Assembly: GCA_963756455.1 (NCBI GenBank)
Contig: CAVWNC010000003.1
Coordinates: forward strand, 1,537,430-1,601,429
Direction of reading: 5' to 3'
Length of the DNA: 64,000 nt
DNA from: an uncultured Acidobacteriota bacterium
Lineage (GTDB): Bacteria > Acidobacteriota > Thermoanaerobaculia > Multivoradales > UBA5704
Notes under the pieces: model-generated
What the model saw: only the letters and a program-made list of their open reading frames with translations
Told to the model about the DNA's origin: nothing
Database searches by the model: none
Shown here: positions 11,998 through 21,071 of the stretch, one piece after another
Numbering within the stretch: position 1 is the first letter of the stretch
How the letters are laid out: every line of letters begins with the position of its first letter
Made by a program: the position numbers and the translations under genes

Positions 11998-12921
11998 CTA
12001 CTGCTTGACGATCTCGATCAGCTCGATATCGAAGACCAGGGTCCCCGCCGGGACTCCTTCGGCCCCCCTGTAGGCGAGCTTTTCGGGAATCCAGAAGCGG
12101 GCGGTCTCTCCCGGGGCCATGAGCTGGATGCCTTCGGTCCAGCCGGGGATCACTTTCGACAGGTTGAAATTGGCCGGCGTGCCGCGGGCGATCGAGGAGT
12201 CGAACATCTTGCCGTCCGTCGTCCAGCCCGTGTAGTTGACCTTGACGATGCTGTCCCCCTTGGGGTGCTTGCCGGCGGCGGGGGTCAGAATCTTGTAGGC
12301 GAGACCGGATTTCGTGTGCTGGGCGTCGGCCGGCGGCGCCGCCACGTCGGGCGGGGCGGGGGGCGGGGCCATCTGAAGGTCGATGAGCGTGACGTCGAAG
12401 ACCAGCATCCCCTGCGGCTTTTTGGGCAGCCCCTCGTAGGCGAGCTTGGCGGGAATCCAGAGGCGCCGAGTCTCGCCCTTGACCATGAGCTGCAACCCCT
12501 CGCCCCAACCGGCGATGACCTTGTCCAGGGGGAGGATGGCCGGTTTACCGCGAGCGATCGAGGAGTCGAACATCTTGCCGTCCGTCGTCCAGCCCGTGTA
12601 ATCGACCTTGACCCGGTCGTTGGGGCCAGGATGAACGGTGCCGGTGCCGGCCGTCAGAACCTTCGAGGCCAGCCCGGAGGCGGTCGTCTGGGCGTCGGCC
12701 GGCGGCGCCGCCACATCGGGCGGAGCGGGGATGGCGGCGACCGCCGGTCGAGCCGCCGGAGCCGCCGCCGATGTCGCCGATGCCGCCGGAGTCGCCGGCG
12801 CGGTCGTCTGGGCGTCGGGAGCGGGCGTGGCCGGGGGTTCGGCGGCGCGGACGCGAGAAGAGGAGGCGAGGACAGGCAGCAGGGTGAGCAGGATGGCGGT
12901 TCTGAGCGTTCTCCGTTTCAT
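11998..12921 (-). CDS. Secreted FKBP-type peptidyl-prolyl cis-trans isomerase with two tandem FKBP domains
   Basis: There is a signal peptide. Two copies of the FKBP signature are present (KV.Y.GWTTDGKMFDSS...G...F.L..VI.GW.EG.QLM..GE...WIP..LAY). The region between them is Pro/Ala-rich. Confidence 0.85.
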   Translation of the reverse strand: MKRRTLRTAILLTLLPVLASSSRVRAAEPPATPAPDAQTTAPATPAASATSAAAPAARPAVAAIPAPPDVAAPPADAQTTASGLASKVLTAGTGTVHPGPNDRVKVDYTGWTTDGKMFDSSIARGKPAILPLDKVIAGWGEGLQLMVKGETRRLWIPAKLAYEGLPKKPQGMLVFDVTLIDLQMAPPPAPPDVAAPPADAQHTKSGLAYKILTPAAGKHPKGDSIVKVNYTGWTTDGKMFDSSIARGTPANFNLSKVIPGWTEGIQLMAPGETARFWIPEKLAYRGAEGVPAGTLVFDIELIEIVKQ

Positions 12922-12970
12922 GGCGCGTTACCCTACCGCGCCAGGCGGCGGCGGAGCAACCGGGGAACCG

Positions 12971-13417
12971 CTAAAGCTTGGGATCGCCGCCGTCGCCCCG
13001 GAGCGGTGCGGCGTCGACGCTCTTGTAGCGCCCGAGAGCGACCTTGCCGGCGGCGAAGCCACGCGGTTTGCTGATCTCGGCGCAGGTCGAGACGTGAACC
13101 GCCACCCGTCCGCCGCGGCGGGCCTTCGAGTAGCCGGCGGCGAGGCCGGCGGCAAAGCGGAGGGTTTCCCTCGGCAGGCGATCGAGCCCCTCGGGGTTTC
13201 TCACCACCACGTGCGAGCCCGACTCTCCCGCCACGTGCAGCCAGAAGTCGCCCGGCGCTCCAAGCTTGAAGGTGAGGACGTCGTTGTCCTCGGCGGTCCG
13301 GCCGACGAGCACGGTCAGGCCGTCGGGCGAGAGGAAACGGCGCGCCACCGAGCGCCCCTGCCAGATGCCCGCCTCCGGATCGGACGGCGGCGGCGACTGG
13401 CGATCGGCTCTCCCCAT
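12971..13417 (-). CDS. DUF814 / NFACT-R family RNA-binding-domain protein
   Basis: The motif LTVLVGRTAEDNDVLTF...DFWLHV...GSHVVV matches the DUF814 (NFACT RNA-binding) pattern. Confidence 0.55.
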   Translation of the reverse strand: MGRADRQSPPPSDPEAGIWQGRSVARRFLSPDGLTVLVGRTAEDNDVLTFKLGAPGDFWLHVAGESGSHVVVRNPEGLDRLPRETLRFAAGLAAGYSKARRGGRVAVHVSTCAEISKPRGFAAGKVALGRYKSVDAAPLRGDGGDPKL

Positions 13418-13461
13418 GGGGCCGCTACCCTACCGCGAGAGCGCGGTCCGGGCAACCGGCC

Positions 13462-13683
13462 TTATGTCGTAGCGGCAGGCGCCACCCTGCGGGCGAGGGA
13501 TTCGAGGTCGACCCCCCGCGCGGCGATCTCCCGCCGGAGTTCCGAGGTGAAGACCCGCTCGCCCTGGAGACAGAGGTGGAGCGCGTGGAGAAGCTCGTCT
13601 CTCCCCGGGCCGGCGAAGGTGCCGGCGAGGGAATCGTGGTGCATGCGGGTCTGGGGGATGCCGTGGTCGCGGACTCGGGTCAT
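13462..13683 (-). CDS. Small hypothetical protein upstream of the DUF814 gene
   Basis: A 73-aa ORF on the same strand immediately upstream. No recognisable motif. Confidence 0.25.
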   Translation of the reverse strand: MTRVRDHGIPQTRMHHDSLAGTFAGPGRDELLHALHLCLQGERVFTSELRREIAARGVDLESLARRVAPAATT

Positions 13684-13819
13684 GGAAGGGGCCTCTTTCT
13701 ATCTCAACAGGCGCCGGCGGCCGGCCGTTCGTTACACGGCCCCCGCCGGCCCACCGCAGATCCCCTCTCTCCCCGGAAGCCCGACGTGCTACCGTACCCC
13801 GGTTTTGGCCCCGCCCTCC

Positions 13820-14821
13820 ATGAGCCGGTCCCTGCTCACTCCAGGGCCCCTGCCGCCGCTCTCCCATTTCGGGGTGACCCTGCTGCGGCATGCGGTGGGG
13901 AGCGGCCTGCGCTACGCGCTCTACCTCCTCAACCTCCCCGTCCCCGAGGCGCCCCCGGTGCGGATCGTCCGCCTGCGTCTCTATCTGGACGACGTCAAGC
14001 TCGCCGCCCTCTTGGGCGAGGTTCCCGGAGGCACCGAGGTCGCGGCTGCCCTGGCGGACCCCGGCGGTAGCGGCTCCCTTCCCTCCGGAGCCCGCGGCTT
14101 CGCCGCGGCGGCGGCGTTTCATCGCCTTCGCCTGCGCCTGACCCGCTCCGGCGGTGACAGGGGGGCGCCCTCCTCGGGTGGGTTCCCCGGAATGGGCTCG
14201 CCGGAGAGCCTCGCCGAACGCTTCCGAGTCGAGCTCTCGCGCGGTCTGCCGCACACCAACGAGGCGCTCCTCGCCGACCTGCTCGCCGCCCTCGCCCGCC
14301 GTCGGCGCCGCGCCCGGGGCGAGGAGGTTCCCCCGGTCCTCAGCCGGGCGGCGCGCCGGCTCCTCACCGGACGCCGGGTCGACCTCCACCGCTTCGGTCC
14401 CCCCGATCTCCTTCTCCCCTCCTGGGCCGAGACCCCGGAGCGCGCCGCCGAGGCTCGCTCTCCCATGGCCTCCACTCCGCTCCCCGCCGACCCGCTCCGC
14501 GGCCGTTTCCGCGAGGCCTACCGCACCCTCCTCGACCGCCTCCGCCCCCTCTACCTCGCCACGGCCGCCTCCGCGGTCTCCCGCGGTCTCCTGGAATCGC
14601 CCGAAGATGCCTTCTTTCTCCCCTTGGACCTGGCGGGCGACCTCGCCCAGGAGCAGAGGCCCGCCTGGCTCGACGGCGCCGTCCGCGCCAACCGCGCCGA
14701 GCACGAGGCCTTGAGGCGTTCTCCCGCGCCTCCCGAGCGGGTGACCGGACCGGACGAGGGGACCGTCACCCTCGGCGCTTCGCGGGAGTGGGAAAGGGGA
14801 CCGGTCCTGCCGCTGCCCTGA
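13820..14821 (+). CDS. Hypothetical protein (Ala/Arg/Leu-rich)
   Basis: Only the 3' third of the 727-aa track ORF is not antisense to real genes. It starts at MSRSLLTPG and looks protein-like, but no domain is recognised. Confidence 0.35.
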   Translation: MSRSLLTPGPLPPLSHFGVTLLRHAVGSGLRYALYLLNLPVPEAPPVRIVRLRLYLDDVKLAALLGEVPGGTEVAAALADPGGSGSLPSGARGFAAAAAFHRLRLRLTRSGGDRGAPSSGGFPGMGSPESLAERFRVELSRGLPHTNEALLADLLAALARRRRRARGEEVPPVLSRAARRLLTGRRVDLHRFGPPDLLLPSWAETPERAAEARSPMASTPLPADPLRGRFREAYRTLLDRLRPLYLATAASAVSRGLLESPEDAFFLPLDLAGDLAQEQRPAWLDGAVRANRAEHEALRRSPAPPERVTGPDEGTVTLGASREWERGPVLPLP

Positions 14822-14824
14822 ACG

Positions 14825-14942
14825 GTCCCGTGAGCCGACCTCTGAAGCTCGCTTGAGGAGTTGCCGGCGCCGTCGCGACCTCTTCGCCGGTCGTGAAGTC
14901 CGGCTCGCGGCAGGTTTCGATGCCATATTGGCAGGTAAGGAG
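14825..14942. repeat. Intergenic repeat, copy A (~115 bp), between convergent genes
   Basis: It aligns with 35822..35907 plus 36147..36177. Shared blocks include gaagctcgc..ag..gttgccggcgccgt..g..cctcttcgc.ggtcgtg and gtttc.atgccatattggcaggt.agg.ag. Confidence 0.7.
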
Positions 14943-14969
14943 CCTCGGCCGAACACCCTTAAAGCCACC

Positions 14970-17069
14970 TCAGGCCGCCCGGCGCGCCGCTGCCCGGACC
15001 CGGACCCTGAAGTTGGCCGCGGACCCACCCGTGTCGTCGAACCAGCAGACCCCTTCCTGGACGACCGTGATGCGGAGCCGGTAGGCCCCGGGCTCTGCCG
15101 GGACCGGGATGCGCGTCGTGACCTCCGTCGAGGCCCCCGGCGGGACATCCCGGGGGAGACGGGAACGCTCACCTTCGGCGACGACGACGCCTCCCTGGTC
15201 GTTCAGCCAGCGATAGCCGACCGCCACCCGATAGATCCCGGTGTCGAACGTGCCCACGGCGGACCAGGGGCGGTCGCTCCGGTTGGTCACGGTGACCGGC
15301 ACGCTCAGAGTCTCTCCCGGCAGCACAACACCGGGGACCCGGGCGACGATCCCGGCGCGCGGGTGGAGGAGCGGCCGAGGGTTCACGATCGGCGGCAGCA
15401 GGCGCCGATGCTCCGGGCTGGTATAGACGAGATTGCCGTCGATCGTGCGCACGACGAAGGGCCGGCCGGCGAGCCGGGCGGGGAAGCCGGCGCGCGCCGC
15501 CTCCTCGGGACCGCCGAAGACATAGGCCTCGGTCGACAGGGTCGCCACCCGCTGTGAATAGAGAGGATAGCGGTCCCAGTCCTCAAGCGGGGTCACGACG
15601 ACCTGCTCGCCGGAGAGGAGGGTCACCTTGTAGGAGATCCAGTAGTTGCCGTAGCCCCCCGAGATCCCCTCCTGGCGGAGATACCGCAGGACGTCCGTCA
15701 TCGGGTCCGGCGGATGGAGGAGCCGGAGCCGTGCGTCGAGATAGCCCGAGTCCTCGTGCCAGCGGGCGATCTGTACCAGAGGGAACGCCACGAGGAGAGC
15801 CCCGAGAAGCCAGGCGGCGAGCCGGGCCGATCGCTTCCCGGTCCCGGGCCTGCCGCCGAGCCGGACGAGGAGAGCCCCGGCGAGCACCGGCAGGCTGGTG
15901 AGCCAGGGGAGCAGGTAGCGGTTGGAGAACGCATCCTGGGGATTGGGGCTGAGAACGAAGAGCAGCCCCACGATGGGCACGAGGAGGACGACAAGGGTTG
16001 CGGCGTCGAGCTCTCCGGGCGGCCGCCTGAAGGCGCTCCGGACTCGCGGCCAGGCTCGCAGAGCGCCGGCTCCCCAGGCCGTGAGGTACACCGCGGCGAC
16101 GAGGAGGCCGAGGACACCCGAGAGCAGCCACGGGTGGCGGCCCACCGTTTCGCCGAGCCGCGGGTCCGCTCCCGGATCGATGCCGAGGAACGCCGGGATG
16201 CACTGGGTGACGAGGAGTCGCAGATTGGCGAAGGCCGCCCGGGGATGGGCGAGGGCATAGATCGGCCGCTTGCCGGCGGCCGAGGTTCCGGTCAAGAGGA
16301 GGGCGAGCTTGGGCGCCCACCCGAGAACGAATCCGGCGAGAAACAGGGCCGCACGGCCGAGGATCTGGGGAAAGGTGCGGATCTCGCGCTCGGCCGCCGC
16401 GCGGTCGGGAGCGAGGAGCACCCGCCAGGGGAGCGAGGCGACCACCCAGGCGCAGGCGAGGGTCGCCACGTAAACCAGGAAGAGCTCGTAGATGTAGAGC
16501 CCGAACCCCACCATGAAACCGAGACCGACGAGTCGGGCGAGGCTGGGCGCCGCCCGATACCGGTCGAATTGGACGAAGGTGAGGGTCCCCCACGCGACGA
16601 CCAGAGCATAGCCGCCGCTCGCGAGGACGCTCCACTGCACGACCTGGGGAGAGAACCCGAGGAGGAGAGCGGCCGCGGCGAGGCCGGCAGCCGAGCCGTA
16701 GAGCCGCCGGCCGAGGAGGAAGACCCCCACCATCAGGGCGAGAAAGCCGACGAGCGACCCGAGCTTCGAGGCGAGCGGGATCGCGAGTCCCGCGGCGAGA
16801 AAGGGGATGGTGAGGATACCTTCGACGATGCCGTAATAGTGGGCATCCCAGTTGTAGAGCGTCAGCTCTCCCCGGTGGAGCAGGTGCTGGACGACCAGGG
16901 CGTCGACCGCTTCATCGGCATTGAAGCTGCGGGTGGCATTGGCGAGCCAGGGAAGCCGCGGCAGAATGCTCAAAGCGAGCAGAAGCACCAGCAGACCCCA
17001 GACGAGGAGCGGGCGGGACTCCCACCCTGAGGCGGGAGGCGTCGGCCTCTCCGGGCTCGGTTCACTCAC
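14970..17069 (-). CDS. GT-C superfamily membrane glycosyltransferase (ArnT/PMT, GT39-like) with a C-terminal periplasmic domain
   Basis: The N-terminal ~450 aa has about 12 TM helices with an organisation typical of dolichyl-phosphate-mannose / undecaprenyl-phosphate sugar transferases. A soluble beta-rich C-terminal domain follows. Confidence 0.75.
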   Translation of the reverse strand: MSEPSPERPTPPASGWESRPLLVWGLLVLLLALSILPRLPWLANATRSFNADEAVDALVVQHLLHRGELTLYNWDAHYYGIVEGILTIPFLAAGLAIPLASKLGSLVGFLALMVGVFLLGRRLYGSAAGLAAAALLLGFSPQVVQWSVLASGGYALVVAWGTLTFVQFDRYRAAPSLARLVGLGFMVGFGLYIYELFLVYVATLACAWVVASLPWRVLLAPDRAAAEREIRTFPQILGRAALFLAGFVLGWAPKLALLLTGTSAAGKRPIYALAHPRAAFANLRLLVTQCIPAFLGIDPGADPRLGETVGRHPWLLSGVLGLLVAAVYLTAWGAGALRAWPRVRSAFRRPPGELDAATLVVLLVPIVGLLFVLSPNPQDAFSNRYLLPWLTSLPVLAGALLVRLGGRPGTGKRSARLAAWLLGALLVAFPLVQIARWHEDSGYLDARLRLLHPPDPMTDVLRYLRQEGISGGYGNYWISYKVTLLSGEQVVVTPLEDWDRYPLYSQRVATLSTEAYVFGGPEEAARAGFPARLAGRPFVVRTIDGNLVYTSPEHRRLLPPIVNPRPLLHPRAGIVARVPGVVLPGETLSVPVTVTNRSDRPWSAVGTFDTGIYRVAVGYRWLNDQGGVVVAEGERSRLPRDVPPGASTEVTTRIPVPAEPGAYRLRITVVQEGVCWFDDTGGSAANFRVRVRAAARRAA

Positions 17070-17199
17070 GCGCGGACGCCTGGGTGCCGTAGCGCGGAGG
17101 CGGGGAAGGGGCGGGCGGGGGCCATAGGGCGGCTATTTTAGCCGTTGCGGCCGGGTAGTGCCGTGGAGGAGTCTGGTGATGGCGGGGCGCGTCGAACCT

Positions 17200-18177
17200 T
17201 CAACCCGTGAAAACAGAGGTCTGCGAGGGGATCGGCGCATGGAAAGCGAGCACGTCCTCCAACTCGATCTCCCAGCAGTTTTCGAGAGCAGCGGGGATGG
17301 AGCGGATGATCACGCTCGGGATATCGCCGGGAATCTCCAGGTCATAGCTGTCGGGGTACTGCCCCTCCAGTCTGTTCGTGAGCCGGATCTTGATCGACCC
17401 CAAGGCGGGGCGCCTCTTGGGCGGGTGGAAATCGAGACGGAGGCCGATTGAGGTGAGATCGGCCCGAGTGAGATAGAGGCCATGATGCAGAAAGGTCGAA
17501 GAAGGGACCTGCTCGATGACGATCTGATCCCGGAAGCCTGGCTTATCCTCACCGAGCAGGTGAAGCAGGGTGCGCCGATCCAGCGGAGTTCTACAGACCA
17601 CGAAGCGGAGATGCTGTGACAGTGGCAACCGCCCAGGTACGACGACCTCAGCCATTCGGGCGTCCTGAATGGACTCTTTGTCCATGACATCGGGAACGGA
17701 GTCGTGGTAAACCCACTCGAAAGGAATCTGATCGAAAAGGCGAATGTCTCTACCGATCTGGCGTCTTCTCGACAGCATGCCTGGAGAGAACCCGACCTCA
17801 GGAAGCGTGAGGACGGACAAGGCATCGAAGACCAGCATGATCGGGACCGACATCTGATACCTGTCCCGATAGGGATCATCACGGCACTTTATGCCCTCGG
17901 TTTTGAAATGAAAATTGTTTTTGGGCCTGAAGTAGAGGCGGACAGAGCCGTGAGGCTGCGGGTTATTGTGTAAGGCTCCCTGATTTGCGACGTCGTGCTT
18001 GATGGTGCCCAGTCGGCTCCTGCAGATGAGGTGGCCCGAGCGGAGAATCTCGACCGCTGTCGTTACATGGGCTGCGTGGAAAAGATATTTCGGCCAGAGG
18101 CTATTACGGGAGAAGAGGCCTGACCACCCGGACCACTCGGCGATATGCCGTGCGGCCCGCTCCGGTGTCAGGCCCAC
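17200..18177 (-). CDS. darT: DarT-like ssDNA ADP-ribosyltransferase (DUF4433) with a ~120-aa C-terminal extension
   Basis: It aligns block by block with Thermus DarT: YLFHAAHV (cf. IYHITHI), VRLYFRPK (cf. VPFYFCPR), and DARMAEVVVPGRLPLSQHLRFVVC (cf. KQAEFLVYKAFPWALIEEIAVY, including the catalytic Glu). Its start overlaps the 3' end of the macrodomain gene by 10 nt. Local G+C is reduced. Confidence 0.65.
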   Translation of the reverse strand: MGLTPERAARHIAEWSGWSGLFSRNSLWPKYLFHAAHVTTAVEILRSGHLICRSRLGTIKHDVANQGALHNNPQPHGSVRLYFRPKNNFHFKTEGIKCRDDPYRDRYQMSVPIMLVFDALSVLTLPEVGFSPGMLSRRRQIGRDIRLFDQIPFEWVYHDSVPDVMDKESIQDARMAEVVVPGRLPLSQHLRFVVCRTPLDRRTLLHLLGEDKPGFRDQIVIEQVPSSTFLHHGLYLTRADLTSIGLRLDFHPPKRRPALGSIKIRLTNRLEGQYPDSYDLEIPGDIPSVIIRSIPAALENCWEIELEDVLAFHAPIPSQTSVFTG

Positions 18178-19061
18178 AACTTTCCCTGGACCTGCTCGCG
18201 CCTGGCCTCCACGTGAAGGGAGGGGCGGCGCTCACGGAAAAACAAGCCATGGCCTGGCTGGTAGGCATTCCCACGCAAATGTTGAATCTTGGCAGCCTGC
18301 ACATAAGGAAGGCGAGCCAGGACGCTCAACAGATAGTCGTTGTGCCGACGGGAGAGCTCTCCGTCCAACTGATCCGCTGTCAGTAGTCCCACCTGAAGAG
18401 CAGACCATGCGGTCTCGAGCTCTTCGTGGAGAACCTTCTCCTTTTCACCGGACTCGTGGATCTCCAGATCGCCATTGTCGAGGATCGCGGCGGTGAAAAG
18501 CGAGTCGCGGTCCAGGGTTTCGAAGGAAGGCTCAGCAGTCAGCGTGCGGATGTCGTCCAGGAAATGCTCATAGTCGACCGCCGGCGGGATCTTCTCCAAG
18601 TGCTCGGGTACGAAGTCCGTTGCCACGTACCGCTCATGAACGTAGACCTGAATAGGCAGATCTTGGAGGTAGGACTCGATCAGCGGCTTGACGTCCGCCC
18701 AGTCAAGATTGCCATTGCCACAGCCGAGCGGCGGGAAGGAAATCGAGGTGATCCCGAGATTTTCATAGCTCGCCACGAACTTCTCGAGCCCTTCCCTCAC
18801 ATAGGGGAGGGTCGAGGGAAGGCGCCATGTGGTTTTGGTCGGGAAGTTGAGGACCCACTTGTCCGGTCCCCTCCATAGCTGGAGCGTCCCGGTCCGCAGC
18901 TCTCCCCGGTCGCAGAGCCACTTGTACTCCCCGAACATTTCGGGATACCGCTCCTTGAAGCTTTTCGCGATCCCCTTCCCCATGACTCCGACGGTGTTGA
19001 CCGCATTGACCAGCGTCTGGGCGGGTGAGGCGAAGAGGTCGGTTTGAAGGTAGACGATCAT
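18168..19061 (-). CDS. darG: DarG-type (TARG1-like) macrodomain protein with a C-terminal domain; putative DarG antitoxin
   Basis: The N-terminal motifs TDLFASPAQTLVNAVNTVGVMGKGIAKSFKERYPEMF and ...ISFPPLGCGNGNLDW match the TARG1/DarG macrodomain. A ~150-aa C-terminal region is unassigned. Confidence 0.75.
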   Translation of the reverse strand: MIVYLQTDLFASPAQTLVNAVNTVGVMGKGIAKSFKERYPEMFGEYKWLCDRGELRTGTLQLWRGPDKWVLNFPTKTTWRLPSTLPYVREGLEKFVASYENLGITSISFPPLGCGNGNLDWADVKPLIESYLQDLPIQVYVHERYVATDFVPEHLEKIPPAVDYEHFLDDIRTLTAEPSFETLDRDSLFTAAILDNGDLEIHESGEKEKVLHEELETAWSALQVGLLTADQLDGELSRRHNDYLLSVLARLPYVQAAKIQHLRGNAYQPGHGLFFRERRPSLHVEARREQVQGKLWA

Positions 19062-19127
19062 CCAGGCCCCCTGCGGCTTTACCCCTCGAAGTGTAACGGC
19101 ATTTGCGGCGTAAGTCGAGCGTTATGG

Positions 19128-19164
19128 GGGGAGATTCGGAGGAGATTCGGGGGAGATTCTGGGG
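19128..19164. repeat. Three tandem copies of a ~11-nt unit (GGAGATTCGG) about 70-100 nt upstream of the darG start
   Basis: The sequence is gggggagattcggaggagattcgggggagattctgggg. It is a candidate operator or promoter-associated repeat for the darG-darT operon. Confidence 0.6.
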
Positions 19165-19175
19165 CAGCCCCTCGC

Positions 19176-20975
19176 TCACGCGAAGATCCGCGGCGGCTCG
19201 GGGATCGGGGGTACGTCCTCGGCGGTGAGGACTTGGCCCCGGGGATCCTGGTAACGCCCCTGGCCTAAGTCCAGAAGGCAGCGGTTGCGGCCGCGGCGCT
19301 TCGCTTCGTAGAGGGCGCCGTCGGCGAAGAGGAGCAGCTCCGAGGCGGTCTTGATGTGGAGCTCGGGGAAGGCGGCCACCCCCGCCGACATCGTGAGGGG
19401 GACCCGGTGCTCGCCGGCGGTGAATTCCAGGGCTTCGACGGAACGACGCAGGCGATCGGCGATGGCGAGGGCGGTGTCGCCGTCCGTCGCTTCCAAGAGG
19501 AGGGTGAACTCCTCGCCGCCGTAGCGGCAGCAGAGATCGGTGTCGCGGCGGGCGCCGTCCAGGATACGGGCGACGGCGATCAGGGCCTCGTCGCCCGCGC
19601 CGTGACCGTAGGTGTCGTTGATCCGCTTGAAGAAGTCGAGGTCGCAAAGGACGACCGCCATCGTGCCCCCCTCTTCGAGGCAGCGGGCGTGGACCTCCTG
19701 CAGCCGGCGCTCCAGCACCCGGCGGACGACGACTCCGGTGAGGGGGTCCTCGCGCGCCTCGCGATCCAGGAGCGAGCGGTGGATCGAGGCCGCCATCTGC
19801 GGGAGGAGGCGATCGAGGAGACCGAGGGCATCCGGTTCGAGACGCCGGGGATCGCACCAGAGGCGCAGAGTGGCGAGAGAGACGCCGTCCGAACGCAGGT
19901 TGCGCTCGAGAACCTGCCAGGGGGCCCGGCGGTGGAAGCCGTGGAGGGAGGGCGGATAGCGCTCGGGCTCCGGGGCGCCGGGGGCGAGCTCGCCCTCGTG
20001 GGCCGCGTACCAGCTCTTCGCCGGGTTGCCCGGCGCGGTGAGCTCGAACTGGAACCAGTGAAAGGGGACGACGTGGCCGCACTCGTCGCGGATCTGCTCG
20101 ACGACCGCGACGAGCTCCTGGCCCGTGCCGCGGACCTTCTCGGCCGCTTTGTGCACCTTCTCCATGTTCTCGTACCGCTCGTCCGAGACCTCGGAGCGCA
20201 GGGCGTTTCTCGCCGCTTCGAGGCTCAGGGCGGCGAAGCCCACGAGGAGGAGGCCCCCCACCGTCCAGCCGGCGGTCTGGCCGGCGCGCGCCGCGGCGGT
20301 GCCGAGGATCCAGGCCGCGGCATCGAGGAGCGGCGGCAGGAAGAGGGGGCCGGGGAGGAGCGGGCGGTCGGGGCGACGGATCTTTCTGTCCGCAGCCTCC
20401 AGGCCGATCCAGAGGACCAGGTAGGCGGCGAGCCCCCAGGCCGAGGCGAGGGCGAGCGTCCGTGCCTCGTCGCCCGGAGGAAGCCGGCGGGCGGTCCACT
20501 CCCAGGCGAGGCCCGCTCCGAGAGCAGCGAGGGCGGCGCGTCCGGTGCTTTCGAGCGAACGCACGACCCGCCGCCGCTCGGGGAGCTGGACGGCGGGGCT
20601 CCGCCGGGCCAGACGCTGGAAGAGCTCGGCGACGAGGAACGCCGCGGCGGCGAGGCAGGCGGCGGGGACGGCCCCGGCGAGCAGGAGCGCGGCCGGCAGG
20701 ACCACCGCCCCGAGCCCCAAGGTCGCCCCCCCCAGGGGCGGCCGGTGCCAGGCCGCCGCGGCGCCGCAGAAGACGAGGACGAGGAGCAGCCCGGCGCCGG
20801 CCGGTCCGGCGCTCCAGGCGAAGGGCGGAAAGCGCGCCACGACGAGGAGGGCCAAGGCCGCCCCGGCCGTGGGCAGGAGAGAGGCCCAGAGGTCCCGGCG
20901 GGAAGGGGAGGCGGAGCGTTTCATCAGGGATCGTGAGAGCTGAGGCATGGTACGCGCTCGGTGAAGCGGTGGCAA
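19176..20975 (-). CDS. Membrane-anchored GGDEF-domain diguanylate cyclase
   Basis: The N-terminal half is hydrophobic (6-8 helices). The C-terminal GGDEF domain has RYGGEEF and an inhibitory-site-like region. The start may be at the internal Met (20948). Confidence 0.85.
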   Translation of the reverse strand: MPPLHRARTMPQLSRSLMKRSASPSRRDLWASLLPTAGAALALLVVARFPPFAWSAGPAGAGLLLVLVFCGAAAAWHRPPLGGATLGLGAVVLPAALLLAGAVPAACLAAAAFLVAELFQRLARRSPAVQLPERRRVVRSLESTGRAALAALGAGLAWEWTARRLPPGDEARTLALASAWGLAAYLVLWIGLEAADRKIRRPDRPLLPGPLFLPPLLDAAAWILGTAAARAGQTAGWTVGGLLLVGFAALSLEAARNALRSEVSDERYENMEKVHKAAEKVRGTGQELVAVVEQIRDECGHVVPFHWFQFELTAPGNPAKSWYAAHEGELAPGAPEPERYPPSLHGFHRRAPWQVLERNLRSDGVSLATLRLWCDPRRLEPDALGLLDRLLPQMAASIHRSLLDREAREDPLTGVVVRRVLERRLQEVHARCLEEGGTMAVVLCDLDFFKRINDTYGHGAGDEALIAVARILDGARRDTDLCCRYGGEEFTLLLEATDGDTALAIADRLRRSVEALEFTAGEHRVPLTMSAGVAAFPELHIKTASELLLFADGALYEAKRRGRNRCLLDLGQGRYQDPRGQVLTAEDVPPIPEPPRIFA

Positions 20976-21071
20976 TCGGCGAATCGGCGAATCGGCGAGG
21001 CAGGGCGCGCGATGGGGCTCCCGATCCTCTATGCTCTGCGGCGCCGCTCACCGATCTTCCACCCACTTGCC

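Noticed and set aside
12638-13800. 5' two-thirds of the 727-aa plus-strand ORF
   Set aside because: Antisense to the FKBP and DUF814 genes. Only the 3' part (13820..14821) was kept as a low-confidence hypothetical.
14893-15084. 63-aa ORF containing MPYWQV, which is also encoded in repeat copy B
   Set aside because: The conservation is at the nucleotide level within the intergenic repeat. The downstream sequences diverge, and the ORF overlaps the end of the GT39-like gene.
13430-15172. 580-aa minus-strand ORF rich in Arg/Gly/Ser
   Set aside because: Overlaps the plus-strand hypothetical gene and the intergenic repeat. No motifs, and low-complexity composition.
18763-21066. 767-aa minus-strand ORF spanning the GGDEF gene
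   Set aside because: An alternate frame of the GGDEF cyclase gene and upstream region. Pro/Arg-rich nonsense.
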